From: a virus
Direction: 5' to 3' (one strand)
DNA: 64,000 nucleotides
IMG/VR virus record: IMGVR_UViG_3300021602_000007
Coordinates: 3,179-67,178 of that record
In this document: in pieces, positions 21,268 through 32,300 of the stretch
How positions within the stretch are numbered: the stretch's first letter is position 1
Layout of the letters: every line of letters begins with the position of its first letter
Program-made: the position numbers and the translations under genes
The notes under the pieces: model-generated
What the model saw: the letters and a program-made list of their open reading frames with translations, nothing else
What the model was told of the DNA's origin: nothing
Database searches by the model: none

Positions 21268-24200
21268 TTATAAATTTTTTAGGGCTTTTACAATTGAGCC
21301 ATTTCTTTTCTTAAGTTTTCCAGCAGCTTCTTTTAATCTAGCTGTTTCTGCATCTCTATATGCTTTAAGTTCTGCTTTATCTGCTTCAATTCTATTTTGT
21401 GCGGAGTTTGCAGTAGTATTAACATTAGTGTTAAATTGTTCAGGAGCATTCATATTTACAAGATGTCCATTCTCATCATATCTATAATTATATAGATTCT
21501 CGTAGGTCTTAAGTTGTCTGTTCTCCAGTTTATTTTTAGCAAACTTATCAGCAATAGAATTAAGAGCAGCCTGTGTTACAGCTTTTGTATTAGCTTTAGC
21601 TTCAGCTTGTCTTGAATATTGTTTATCAAGAATGTCCATATTGATTAGTTTAGCTTTATTAACATCCTCAATATTCTTACCGTACACTTGTGCCTTTTGA
21701 GATTGGTTCATTCTGAACTGTTCTCCTAAGATTTTATTCTTAGCATCATTTGCTTGTGCCATAATCTGAGCTTGTGCTGCAGGATTACTACCAGCAGCTC
21801 TAATGGCAGCTCTTGATTGTGCATCTACACTAGCTATTTGATCCTGTAAAGATATATCATATGGAGTAGTTAACTGTGGTTGATATCCCATTGCTTGTAC
21901 AGGTTCTAATTGATTAGTAGACATAGCATACATTTCTCCTGCTAATTGTTTAGGATCTAATTGTTCAGTATCACTAGGTCTTACATATGGAAGAATTTCT
22001 CTTCCAACCATCATTGCATCATCAGCCCAGTTAGATTTAGGTTTATTATAACTATACTTATGTATAGGTGCTAACTCATTTGATAGAGGTTTATTCTCAA
22101 TAGGAATTAATCCTGGATCATGAGGTGCCATAAGTTGTAGAGGTGCATTTGGATTAGTTGTGTTATGATAGTCAGACTTATTTACAATGCCTTGTAACTC
22201 TTCAAGAGATATTCCTTTTTGAGCTTTGTAATATGATCCAATCATATCTCCATTTCTTTTTTGTGGGTATTGTGTTACTATAGAATCCTGTGCAGTTGGA
22301 GTGGTAAATCTAGAATCAATATCTTCTAGTCTAGCAGGAGGTGTAGTCCAATCATGTAAAAGTCCTGCAAGTCCCATCATTCCTGATGCTCCTGTTGCAA
22401 TTCCTGCTGCTGTTCCCCAACCAATTCTATTTTTTTCAGCAATCTTTGTATCTTCCTGAGTTTTAATAGCAGCTTTTTCTGCATCAGCAACTGTTTTAGC
22501 ATCCACTGCAGCTTGTTGTGCCTTTGTTAATTTCTTTACTTTTGAAGCTGCTGCTTTAGCTGCTTCTCCTTCTGCTACAAGAGCAGCTTCTCTTTCTGCC
22601 ATTGTAGCAATTCTTTTTGTTGCAGCTTTATCTAATCCTTTAGCAAGCCATGTTCCAATCCCAGCTTGTTCAAAATTACCACCAAACTTAGCATATTGTT
22701 TTTGTGCTTCTTTATCTATTGTTATTTTATTTCTAGCAAGATCATCTGCTATTATTCCATGCTCTTCAGCTGTATCATTAATAGCTTGTTGTAAATGAGC
22801 TGCATCTTGTTTTTTATCTGCAATATTTTTAAGATGCATATTTCCTCCCATAAGATTAGCATGAAGAGCTGAGAGTTTAAGTTGATCTATTGGTGTACGT
22901 ACATCAAGATCCTTTAAGTTACCAGAAGACTTATCAAGTATTTTATTATATTTAACTTCGCTCTTAGAAAGATCAGCCACATAGTTTTTAAATTTCTTAT
23001 TTTTAGCTTTAGGATCATTTAACATCTCTGCACCATACTTAGGAATTTGTAAATTACCATATACAACAAGACTGCTATCTCCTCCTGATCCACCATCTTG
23101 TAATTTGACAGCAGGTTCTCCTCTTTCTACTTCTACAGGATTATTACCATATGTTACACCTATTCCTGTTTCTCCATTAGGAGAGCGTTCTTCATGACTA
23201 TTACCTCTGAACATAACTGTTTCTCCACCATCAGGAAGATAGGGATTCTGAGAGATAGGTTGTGCATGTCCTCCCCAATGTGTTTGAAGTTCACCACCCA
23301 TTGCATATGTTTCCATAGCTTGCTCACTAGGAGGTGTATATGATTGTAAATGTCCACCAGCTCTTAATGATTGCATTCCTTCATGAGCAAAATCATATAC
23401 ATCTTGTGGGGAGTGATCTCCAAACTTAGCTATCACTTGTGGATTATACTCAGGATTCATCCATCCACCATTTTCCATATATGATTGATTTTGAGTTTGT
23501 AATGCTTGAGCATTTTGATTAAATGCCATATTACCTACATTTCTCTTTGTTGCATCTTGTGCTTTCTTAATTTTTTGTGGATTCTTATCAAGTAAACTAC
23601 CAATTAACTTGCCACCAACTTTACCAACTAATCCTCCTACTGGTCCACCAATAGCAGATCCAAGTGCTCCTCCAATACTACCACCAATATCTCCACCAGC
23701 ATTTTCTCCAGTGGCACCAGTAACTAAACTACTTGTAATATCTCCACCACTATTACCAGCAAATTTACCAAGTTCTGTATTAGCCATCCAATCAGTATTT
23801 CCACCAAATAAACCTTTTCCATTTTGAGCTTGTACTAGTCCACCAGTTCTATATTGTTTTACTATTTCAGAATCACTTAATGGTTCATATCCACCATCAT
23901 CATATATAGAATGTCCTGTACCATATGTATTTTGTATCTCTGTAGGAGTACCTCCCACTGGTCCGCCATTTTGTAACATTACACCATTTCTAGCAAGAAC
24001 GTTTGTTCCTACACCATATATAGGAAAGAATTCTTCTCCTGTATTTTTTATATCTTCAGGACGCACTTTAAGTTGTTGGTTCATTCTATTAGCATCTACA
24101 TCTCTTGTTCTAGATGCAGCTAATGAAACATCACTAACTCCTTGCCATTGTCTTGCTGATTTTACTTTTTGCTTTTCAGCTTTTAATGCACTTAATCCTT

Positions 24201-24498
24201 TTGCAATTCCTCCAACAGTACCAGCAACTCCTGCTATTCCACCTAAATTACCTAAAATATCTGGAGAAGCACTTCCCATTTTTGACAAAGCATTATCTAC
24301 AACAGGATTACTTGTAGGAGCATCTGCTTCAAAATCTGGAAGAGTTGTTCCAACTTGAGCAGTGTCTATCTTAGTACCCATCTGAGCTTTCTTAAAAGCT
24401 TTTCCATGCATCTTCATAAAGGCTTCCTCTGAAGGAAACTTTTTATAGAACTGTTTCTCAGTCTTAACTCCTGCAATTTTTAGAATCTTATCTTTCAT
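21268..24498 (-). CDS. putative internal virion cargo/ejection protein with glycine zipper, 1076 aa
   Basis: Glycine zipper GGDIGGSIGGALGSAIGGPVGGLVG; hydrophobic GWGTAAGIATGASGMMGLAGLL; recurrent xxxGG motifs; EVERGE motif; synteny. Confidence 0.65.
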   Translation of the reverse strand: MKDKILKIAGVKTEKQFYKKFPSEEAFMKMHGKAFKKAQMGTKIDTAQVGTTLPDFEADAPTSNPVVDNALSKMGSASPDILGNLGGIAGVAGTVGGIAKGLSALKAEKQKVKSARQWQGVSDVSLAASRTRDVDANRMNQQLKVRPEDIKNTGEEFFPIYGVGTNVLARNGVMLQNGGPVGGTPTEIQNTYGTGHSIYDDGGYEPLSDSEIVKQYRTGGLVQAQNGKGLFGGNTDWMANTELGKFAGNSGGDITSSLVTGATGENAGGDIGGSIGGALGSAIGGPVGGLVGKVGGKLIGSLLDKNPQKIKKAQDATKRNVGNMAFNQNAQALQTQNQSYMENGGWMNPEYNPQVIAKFGDHSPQDVYDFAHEGMQSLRAGGHLQSYTPPSEQAMETYAMGGELQTHWGGHAQPISQNPYLPDGGETVMFRGNSHEERSPNGETGIGVTYGNNPVEVERGEPAVKLQDGGSGGDSSLVVYGNLQIPKYGAEMLNDPKAKNKKFKNYVADLSKSEVKYNKILDKSSGNLKDLDVRTPIDQLKLSALHANLMGGNMHLKNIADKKQDAAHLQQAINDTAEEHGIIADDLARNKITIDKEAQKQYAKFGGNFEQAGIGTWLAKGLDKAATKRIATMAEREAALVAEGEAAKAAASKVKKLTKAQQAAVDAKTVADAEKAAIKTQEDTKIAEKNRIGWGTAAGIATGASGMMGLAGLLHDWTTPPARLEDIDSRFTTPTAQDSIVTQYPQKRNGDMIGSYYKAQKGISLEELQGIVNKSDYHNTTNPNAPLQLMAPHDPGLIPIENKPLSNELAPIHKYSYNKPKSNWADDAMMVGREILPYVRPSDTEQLDPKQLAGEMYAMSTNQLEPVQAMGYQPQLTTPYDISLQDQIASVDAQSRAAIRAAGSNPAAQAQIMAQANDAKNKILGEQFRMNQSQKAQVYGKNIEDVNKAKLINMDILDKQYSRQAEAKANTKAVTQAALNSIADKFAKNKLENRQLKTYENLYNYRYDENGHLVNMNAPEQFNTNVNTTANSAQNRIEADKAELKAYRDAETARLKEAAGKLKKRNGSIVKALKNL

Positions 24499-24506
24499 GA
24501 TGATAA

Positions 24507-26408
24507 TTATTTAGAATATTTTTGTAACCATCCACCTTTCTGTGGAGTGTTATAGTTTGTAAAATTAGTTAGATTATCTAGATTCTGTAAACTTTTTTGT
24601 TCTTGTCTTAATCCATTTTTTCCTATAGGATATTCTCTTACCTTCTTACCCTTAAATTTGTAGTCTTTTCCTGGGACCATGTATTGTGTATCTCCTGTAT
24701 CAGAGATGCCTAAAAGAGGCTGATTTACCCCTTGCATTGTAATATTATTACTACCTATCTCTACAGGCTTTCCCCAGTTGTCAGGATTCCAATATCCAGC
24801 ATCATCTTTTGTAATACCACCATCTTTTTGTTGACTAGCTGCTACTCCTACAGCAGGAACTACTGCAGGTAGTAGTTTAACTAAACGTCTTTTCTCTTCT
24901 TGTGTTGTAGATGGTTTGAAAAACTTTCTATGATCAACCATTTTAATTAAACGATCAATAGTTTTATCTGAAGGATTTACAATCATGTCCATAGCATCTT
25001 CATGTGATAATCCTTTAGCCATAGCTTTACGATAAATCTTTTCTTTAGAAGGTAATATCTCAGAATGTAATTCATCAGGAGATGCATTCCATACATATTT
25101 ATTTTTAACAGGACTAGCCATACCTTCTGCAAACTCTCTACCTAAATCTGTATAAGGATTAGCATGAAAGTAATCAGTAACATTAGGATCATAATTTGTT
25201 AACTCTGCACTATATGGAAGACCATTACGTTCTCCAAGTCTTTGTGCAGAGTGAGTTAATTCATGTATACCTGTATGCTTTGCTCTTTCTGGAGGTAAAC
25301 TGTAAAATCCATGATTTCTAAAAGTTATACTCTCATTAGTTTCAGGATTATTATATCCTCTTGCTGATCCTCTATTATTTAAAATTTCTTCTTTTGTACT
25401 AAGTGGTAATCCAGTTTTTTCAAGATCTTTTGTTCTTGTAGATAATAATATATTTCTAGCTTTAGAAATTGGATTGTTTTCTGCAGTCTTTAAAAAATTG
25501 TTATCATCACTAATAAAAGGATCTATGTTTCTAATTCTTTGTTCTATCTCAGGTCGTAAGTTTATATCATTTCCATAAAAGTAATCTTTTGTAAAATCAA
25601 TTCCTTCAGCATAAGCTTTATTTTGTGCAGTAACTGCAGCATCTCTTTGTGCTTTTGTTATAGGAAACTTTTCAAAGAAAGGTCTAGGATCATCTAATGA
25701 TGCTATTACCCCTGCTAAATGATCTTTTGCTTTTACAGATGAATGTTTTATTAACTGATTAAGTTTTCCAACTCCTTCACTATTTTTAATAGTTTTAGCC
25801 ATGTTACTAGCAGCCTCAGCTCCCTTACCAAGCCATTTACCTCCAATAAGATTAACAGGATCTAATAAAAAATCTGCAGCAAACGCACCGTATGGGTTTT
25901 CTATTCCCATTGCCTCAGAAGGAGTTTGATATTTTCCTGAAGCTAAATATGTTGCAGCTTTTTGAGGAGCAGATATTCCTTCTCCCATTGCTTCTAATGT
26001 TCCTGCTGCTACAGGAAGTTGTTGTTCAGAAGGAACAAATAACATTCCTCCTGGCTGAAACTTCTCTAGCCATCCACCATTCTTACTAATAGTCTTTGGT
26101 TTCCAATCTAATCCTTCTTGCCAGTATTTCATCTCTTCACCATTCTGTGCAGAAGGCATTGTCTTCTTTGCATAAGGACCTTCTGAAGGAGCTGGGTTTA
26201 TTGTTCTTGCATATGTAAATCCTACACTTCCTGGAATAGATCCTCCCATAGCAAACTGTCCTCCCCATGCTGGGCTGTAGTTTCTACCAGAAATATCATT
26301 ACCCATTCCTACAAATCCTGGAGGAAGAGATGTTTGAGAATCATTATAGTTCTCTTGATACTCTTGCATCGTTCCACCATCTGCATATTTATCTAACCAA
26401 TTCTTCAT
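24507..26408 (-). CDS. putative virion cargo protein with HExxH zinc-metallopeptidase-like domain, 633 aa
   Basis: IHELTH motif with downstream ELHSE; repeated (GG)WLxKY/F motifs at the N-terminus, internally and at the C-terminus. Confidence 0.6.
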   Translation of the reverse strand: MKNWLDKYADGGTMQEYQENYNDSQTSLPPGFVGMGNDISGRNYSPAWGGQFAMGGSIPGSVGFTYARTINPAPSEGPYAKKTMPSAQNGEEMKYWQEGLDWKPKTISKNGGWLEKFQPGGMLFVPSEQQLPVAAGTLEAMGEGISAPQKAATYLASGKYQTPSEAMGIENPYGAFAADFLLDPVNLIGGKWLGKGAEAASNMAKTIKNSEGVGKLNQLIKHSSVKAKDHLAGVIASLDDPRPFFEKFPITKAQRDAAVTAQNKAYAEGIDFTKDYFYGNDINLRPEIEQRIRNIDPFISDDNNFLKTAENNPISKARNILLSTRTKDLEKTGLPLSTKEEILNNRGSARGYNNPETNESITFRNHGFYSLPPERAKHTGIHELTHSAQRLGERNGLPYSAELTNYDPNVTDYFHANPYTDLGREFAEGMASPVKNKYVWNASPDELHSEILPSKEKIYRKAMAKGLSHEDAMDMIVNPSDKTIDRLIKMVDHRKFFKPSTTQEEKRRLVKLLPAVVPAVGVAASQQKDGGITKDDAGYWNPDNWGKPVEIGSNNITMQGVNQPLLGISDTGDTQYMVPGKDYKFKGKKVREYPIGKNGLRQEQKSLQNLDNLTNFTNYNTPQKGGWLQKYSK

Positions 26409-27274
26409 TATTTATAAGAGATTTGAGCAGGTGTATATATAAATTGACTCACTAGGCTTACATCAGATTTGTCATCAAGAATATGTCTCACCTTAAGTTC
26501 TTTTGCTCTTAATGGTTCTTTCTTGAATGAGCGTAAGCCATAATCCATATTAGCTTGATTAACTAATTTATCAATTGATAAACTCTCACAACTTGTAATG
26601 AATAATGGAATAGCTTTGTTTTTAACAAGACTCCAGAATGTATTATATTGATAGAAGTTATCACTCTTAGTATATATAATAGTTTTGCTATCTGTGTTGA
26701 ATATAGGATAGCTTAAATAGGCTTTTAGATTATGGAGAGGCTTTGGTACCAGTTCTAATATTCCAGAGCTTTGTTGGCCATTATATACAACTGCTTTATT
26801 AAACCATTCATTGATTTCCACTTTATCATTATAACTGAACACTCCTGTACCATCTTCAATGTATCTATATGCTTTTGTATAGTCTTTTACATTCTGAAGA
26901 ATCTGGTCGAAGTATTGATATGCAAATGGATATTCAATTATATATGGTTCTATGTTTCCATAGAAATTATTATATGTTGTATTTACATTAGTTAAGTGTC
27001 TCCACAAACATGCTGTTTTAGTTTCTGTATATTTAGTATTAGCAAGTTCTGGTGTACTAATTATACCAACAGTCACTGTCTTCTTTATAATGCATTTTCC
27101 TACAGATTCAATTGTAACCATATTAACACTATCATCCACTTCATAAGTCACTCCTGCAATAAGCTGAGCTTTGGTAACATCACTTGCTATGATGTTATCA
27201 TATAGATCAGTTATTGTAAATGGTCCAGCATTAGGACTAGCACTTGTTAATTTTATGATTATTATTTTTGACAT
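26408..27274 (-). CDS. tail protein; probable C-terminal part of split nozzle/muzzle protein with N-terminal shared module
   Basis: LWRH..YNNFYG..PYIIE resembles the continuation of phage tail-stabilisation proteins; aa 1-62 resemble the N-termini of ORFs 27280-29334 and 37697-38761. Confidence 0.6.
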   Translation of the reverse strand: MSKIIIIKLTSASPNAGPFTITDLYDNIIASDVTKAQLIAGVTYEVDDSVNMVTIESVGKCIIKKTVTVGIISTPELANTKYTETKTACLWRHLTNVNTTYNNFYGNIEPYIIEYPFAYQYFDQILQNVKDYTKAYRYIEDGTGVFSYNDKVEINEWFNKAVVYNGQQSSGILELVPKPLHNLKAYLSYPIFNTDSKTIIYTKSDNFYQYNTFWSLVKNKAIPLFITSCESLSIDKLVNQANMDYGLRSFKKEPLRAKELKVRHILDDKSDVSLVSQFIYTPAQISYK

Positions 27275-27279
27275 ATTAA

Positions 27280-29334
27280 TTATTGATTAGCAATATCATT
27301 ATTATAATAACACCAAGCCCCTGTTGTTAGCCCTGCCCATGTTGTACCATTAGTAACATTTGGAATAACATCACCATTATTATAATGTTTAACAATCAAA
27401 CTTGATGCCATCCATACCTGTGTTCCAATTGTAACTGTTGAATATATATTACCATCATAATCAGTTACGGTACCAGTATTTATAGAATCATCTTTTATTA
27501 ATCTAATACTTTGTCCAGATGCTAAAGGTTCTACATATTGATTTGCAGTTAGATCATTATTATTTAAATGAAGTAACCATGCTGTAGGAGTGGTATATAA
27601 TGTAGATGCCCATATTCTAAATTGTGTTTTTAAACCACTAAATCCTCCACTGTAAATATATCCTCCACCTCTAGCTAAGAATCCAGATGTAAATGTTCCA
27701 GAATTAGGTGTATTCCAATATACAAGTCCTGATTGTTTTAACACTCCTCCTGCTACTGTTGCTCCACCTAAATATGTGGTCAATGTTGTAAATTCAGTAT
27801 GTGTTGGAACATGCCAACCAGCAGGTGCTATACTTCTACCTCCTGTATTATCAACAGCAGCATAATAGTTATACAAAATACCATAATTGATTGGTGTAAG
27901 TGTAGTGGTAGTTGTAGTGGTACTACTTGTTGTACTTGTTGACGTACTGGTACTTGTGCTAGTAGATGTACTAGTGGATGTAGTTGTTGGTGGAATAGTA
28001 GTAGTAGATGTTGATGTACTAGTTGTAGTAGGAGGATGTGTAGTAGTGGTAGTCGTAGTACTACTAGTGCTAGTTGATGTAGTTGTATGAGTTGTACTAC
28101 TAGTAGTTGTAGTAGTGGTAGGTGGTTGTGTTGTAGTACTTGTAGTTGTGCTACTACTAGTGGATGTACTTGTAGAAGTAGTTGTTGGTGGATGTGTGGT
28201 GGTGGTTGTAGTTGTGCTACTACTACTTGTTGATGTGGAAGTTGATGTACTACTACTTGTTGTTGTTGTAGTTGGACTAGCAGTAGTTGTGGTAGTAGTA
28301 GTTGTAATATCACAATTAGCATTTGTCCAATCATTATTATATGCACACAGTGCACCTGTGGTCAATATTGACCAAGCAGTATTATCAGTAACTTCAGGAA
28401 TAGTAGATAGATCTCTATACTTAGTTTCTCTCAGATTTTCTGACATCCACCACTGTGATCCAATTAATACACAAGTATACTGTGTACCATCATTTCCTAT
28501 ATATACACCAGTGGTTCCTCCAATATTAATTATATTAGGAACAGTATTCATTATCAATCGAATAGCACACCCTCCAGTAAATCCTAAACCACCTCCAGGA
28601 TTAAAATTAGCATTAGCATAACTAAGTTCAGCAACTGATGCATTTAAGCTATCATATAAATCTGTTGACCATATAAGTAAAATTCTATCTATATATTGGA
28701 AAGTTCCATAAGGTTGTCTTATTCCAGTTCCTTTTCCTGAAAATCCTGAAGTGTTATCAGCTCCTACATTTGGGGAATTCCAATATATTAATCCAGGTTC
28801 TTTCATATGTCCACCAGCTAAAGGTATTCCACCTAATGTAGTTGCAAGTGTTGTATATTCAGAATTATTAGGAATATGAGCATTATTAGCATAGACAGGA
28901 CTAGTATTAGTTACAACATACCAATTATATAATAATCCATAACATTTATTTGGTACTGCTGTTGTTGTACTAGTGGATGTAGAAGAAGAAGTTGATGTAC
29001 TTGTACTAGTTGAGGATGTAGAGGTGCTAGTTGATGTACTTGTAGAAGATGTAGAAGAAGAAGTTGTTGTACTGGTAGAACTTGTACTACTACTAGTAGT
29101 TGTTGATGTAGTGGTAACAGGAGTACAAGAAAGTTCAACTATAGTTCGACAACTACTAAGATCTCTAATTTGATAGGCAGTAGCATTTGCTCTAGGTACA
29201 AAAGTGTACCCAGGACTTTCCAATAATGATTTTGATACATAATTAAATACTGACCAAGAGGCAGTAGAATTATCATATATCGCTAATACATCACTAATAT
29301 TAGGACCTGCTTCAGTAATTGTTATAGTAGTCAT
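27280..29334 (-). CDS. putative adhesin/decoration protein with two circularly permuted FISUMP (Fibrobacter succinogenes major paralogous) domains on Thr/Ser stalks
   Basis: YGxLYNxY, (W)HxP..E..L...LGG, WNxPN, SGF, IGxQxWM, GAxCxYNND motifs each present twice; two long Thr/Ser tracts. Confidence 0.8.
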   Translation of the reverse strand: MTTITITEAGPNISDVLAIYDNSTASWSVFNYVSKSLLESPGYTFVPRANATAYQIRDLSSCRTIVELSCTPVTTTSTTTSSSTSSTSTTTSSSTSSTSTSTSTSTSSTSTSTSTSSSTSTSTTTAVPNKCYGLLYNWYVVTNTSPVYANNAHIPNNSEYTTLATTLGGIPLAGGHMKEPGLIYWNSPNVGADNTSGFSGKGTGIRQPYGTFQYIDRILLIWSTDLYDSLNASVAELSYANANFNPGGGLGFTGGCAIRLIMNTVPNIINIGGTTGVYIGNDGTQYTCVLIGSQWWMSENLRETKYRDLSTIPEVTDNTAWSILTTGALCAYNNDWTNANCDITTTTTTTTASPTTTTTSSSTSTSTSTSSSSTTTTTTTHPPTTTSTSTSTSSSTTTSTTTQPPTTTTTTSSTTHTTTSTSTSSTTTTTTTHPPTTTSTSTSTTTIPPTTTSTSTSTSTSTSTSTSTTSSTTTTTTTLTPINYGILYNYYAAVDNTGGRSIAPAGWHVPTHTEFTTLTTYLGGATVAGGVLKQSGLVYWNTPNSGTFTSGFLARGGGYIYSGGFSGLKTQFRIWASTLYTTPTAWLLHLNNNDLTANQYVEPLASGQSIRLIKDDSINTGTVTDYDGNIYSTVTIGTQVWMASSLIVKHYNNGDVIPNVTNGTTWAGLTTGAWCYYNNDIANQ
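27900..28305. repeat. low-complexity ACN/TCN/AGT tract encoding a ~135-aa Thr/Ser/Pro stalk
   Basis: gtagtagtt/gttgatgta-type repeats. Similar tracts at ~28960-29118, 29380-29500, 30720-30770, 38063-38084, 38350-38530, 38852-38880, 40348-40372 and 41455-41505. Confidence 0.9.
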
Positions 29335-29337
29335 AAT

Positions 29338-32300
29338 TTATGCATTACAAATTATTCCTCCTGTTAACGTACAGGGATCTATTGTTGTGGTGGTGGTAGT
29401 TGTTGAACTACTAGTGGTTGATGTACTTGTAGAAGTTGATGTACTTGTAGATGTGCTTGTAGTAGTAATGGGAGCAGTGGTAGTTGTGGTTGTTGTTATT
29501 ATAATATTACAATCAATTGTTCCATCTAATAAACAAGGATCTGCAGCTGTTGCCACTATCACTTCAAAATCATCACAACATCCATTCAAGCCAGAATAGA
29601 AGAAATTATTCTCAGCTATATACCAATTAGGAATATAACTGTGGAATGATATCCATGCTTTAAGATTCATGTGATATGATAATGTCCAACTCTTATTACA
29701 GAAATAGTTTCTATCTGATAGATAAACTTGAGTTCTTATAATAAAACCATTAACTGTTTCTTCTAAGAAGAAGTCACGAGTGGCAGCATCATATTTAATA
29801 TCTTTACTTAATGGGATATAATCTAACTTAGATATTATCACCCTATCGAATTTAGAATCATATACACCATGAAGTCCTATTCCTGCAAAGTTGTTATCAA
29901 CATCTACTTCTGGAAAATATCTAAGGATTTCAAATGCTAAATGGTCTGTAAAGAATCTATTCATTCCAGAACCAAATCCTGTTAAATCATTTGCTTTTGG
30001 TCTTCCATACATATCTGTATCTAGTAGAAATATCTGTCCCCTCTTAGCATCTATTGTTACCTGCCCTTGAGGAATCTTTAATAAGAATTTATTCTGACTT
30101 CCTACATATCCAAGATCTGTTTCTGCAAAGTCAATTGGTGGATTCTCAAACATCCTAGGATTGCCCACATAAGCCGCTTGAGGGTTACTTGTATCTATAG
30201 TGAGTAGATTGTTATACATTAAACTTTTGTTCTCAAAACGAGCTAATATAGCCTTATTCTGAATACCATCTAATGATGTAAGCTTGCCATAGTTTTGAGG
30301 AAAGTCATAATAAGAAATTGGTAAATAAGTTAACCAATTATTCACTCTATTACTTGCATCAGTTACTTGCTTCTCAGAATATATTGTTCTGAATGGAAAG
30401 TTTGTAAAGCAATGATTACTTTCCCAATCTGGAGGAAGATGTGAAAAACTATTTTCTTTATTCTGCTTAGAGAATGTTGTATTATAATTATATGTATTGT
30501 CTTGAGCAATAGGTACAAAATGTTGTTGTACCCAATCATCAGGAATACTACTACTAACATGAGGCCAGAAGTCTCCTGCTCTATTATCAATTGCTTGACG
30601 AAGATCTAGATTATATGAACTTTCACAATAAAAACTTGGCACTCCATATGCAAACATATAGAAATAGCCATCATAATACATTAGTGTATTACTTGATGTT
30701 GCTGTTCCTGGTGCAGCAGTAGTAGTGGTAGATGTAGTAAGACTAGTAGTAGTTGTACCAGTGGTTATTATTCCATCATTAGGACAATCAAAATTATGTG
30801 CCTTATATGAAATGATATTTGATAAAAGTCCTCCACTAGATGTATAATCTTTAAGAATACTTCTTGCAGAGTGCCAGTATTTAGGATAGGCAACATTACC
30901 TATTTCATCATAAAATATATCACTATCATCTGGGGCATCCACTCTATTATCAATAAAGAAAGGAAGTTTAGTTTTAAATGCAAACCTACTAATAAATGTA
31001 TCTCCACCAAATATTGTAGTAGATGTACCACTATTTAAAGTTTTTTGAAATCCTGTATCAACTGTTTGATATGAATAAATTTGTCCCCATTGATTTACTA
31101 CTTGATTCTTTAATGAAGCATAGTATGACACAACTTGAATAGGTGTTTCTCTTGCAGGAGTTCCACAGTTGTCTGATCCAGAAATAGTAAATCTAGAATG
31201 ATCACTAACAATAGAAGTTCCACCAGGAGCTAAACTAATAGTTTTATCAGGAAATGGTAAATATGGTTTATCAGAATCTGTTTTTAAATATATAGAAGAT
31301 TCTCTTTGATAATTATTAACTACAAGGTCATCACCAACAGCCTCCATTGAGGGAATCAAATATCTAGCTAATTCAAGATTACGTTGTTTAATTCCAAGAT
31401 CATTTGGAATCTCTGCCCCATAATTATAATCAGCAATAGAGTTAAATGAATATGCAAAGTTCTTTCTTGTTATACCATTTATATAAATAGTTAAATAAGA
31501 TTGATATGCTGCAAACATTGCTTGTGCACTAAAATTAGGAGAAGTAATATTTCCTAATGTATTAGAACTATCAAGAGCTAATCTTTGTGCTTTTTCTGTA
31601 AGAAGTCTATACTTAGCATTATTTCTAACTTCTGTAAAATGTGCTTTACCAGTACCAAACATTACACTTTCAAGTTTGAGAATAGTTCCAAGGAATGGTT
31701 GCCCAAAAGATGTTTCAGGAGAATTAAATATTTGTCTATTTCTTAAATCATTACTAACAGGTTGTAGTGGTATAGTAACATTACAAGTTTTATTGGATGT
31801 TACTAAATTAAGATATTCCTTGTGTAATCCATTAGAACTACTAATTTCAGTAGGAATTGATCCTACTATTGCCTTTACAGTTTCACTTATAAATCCTGCA
31901 TCAGGAATTTGAGGAATAACAGGTATTTCTACATACCCAAGTACTGGATCTATAAATGCTACTGTGATAGTATTTTCTGTATAATCATTCCAAATTAACC
32001 AATTAACATAATCAGCATAGCTAACTACTCCTGTAGCAGGATCTAATATAATTGGTTTAGTAATAGAACATATTTCTGTTACTCCTAATTCATATAACTT
32101 AAGTGTTGTTGATTTATTTGTATTACAATTTGTGTATTGAACAATTGCATAATCTTTTCCTCCTGAAAAATCTTGTACTAATTTTGTTATATCAATATTA
32201 AATACAATGCACTGATCAATATATGCATTATTAGTTTGTGTTAAGAAAGGATCTGCATTAAGATCATTATATGGATAATTGGGGAAATAAAATTCTTGAT

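Noticed and set aside
1313-23827. Numerous 60-130 aa plus-strand ORFs inside the giant genes
   Set aside because: Antisense shadow ORFs of long minus-strand genes, with Ser/Leu/Phe-rich composition typical of reverse frames.
27900-28305. CRISPR-like or satellite array
   Set aside because: Degenerate trinucleotide coding repeats in frame within a CDS; no constant repeat with unique spacers.
27280-29334. Diversity-generating retroelement targeting the FISUMP domains
   Set aside because: No reverse transcriptase and no near-identical TR/VR pair differing at adenines in this window; the two domains are widely diverged paralogues.
27828-29599. Val-rich plus-strand ORFs and Leu/Gln-rich alternate-frame ORFs (e.g. 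27887, 28115, 28973, 29387, 27828, 28911)
   Set aside because: Shadows of the Thr/Ser codon tracts, which lack stops in other frames; they have no leaders and fully overlap real genes.
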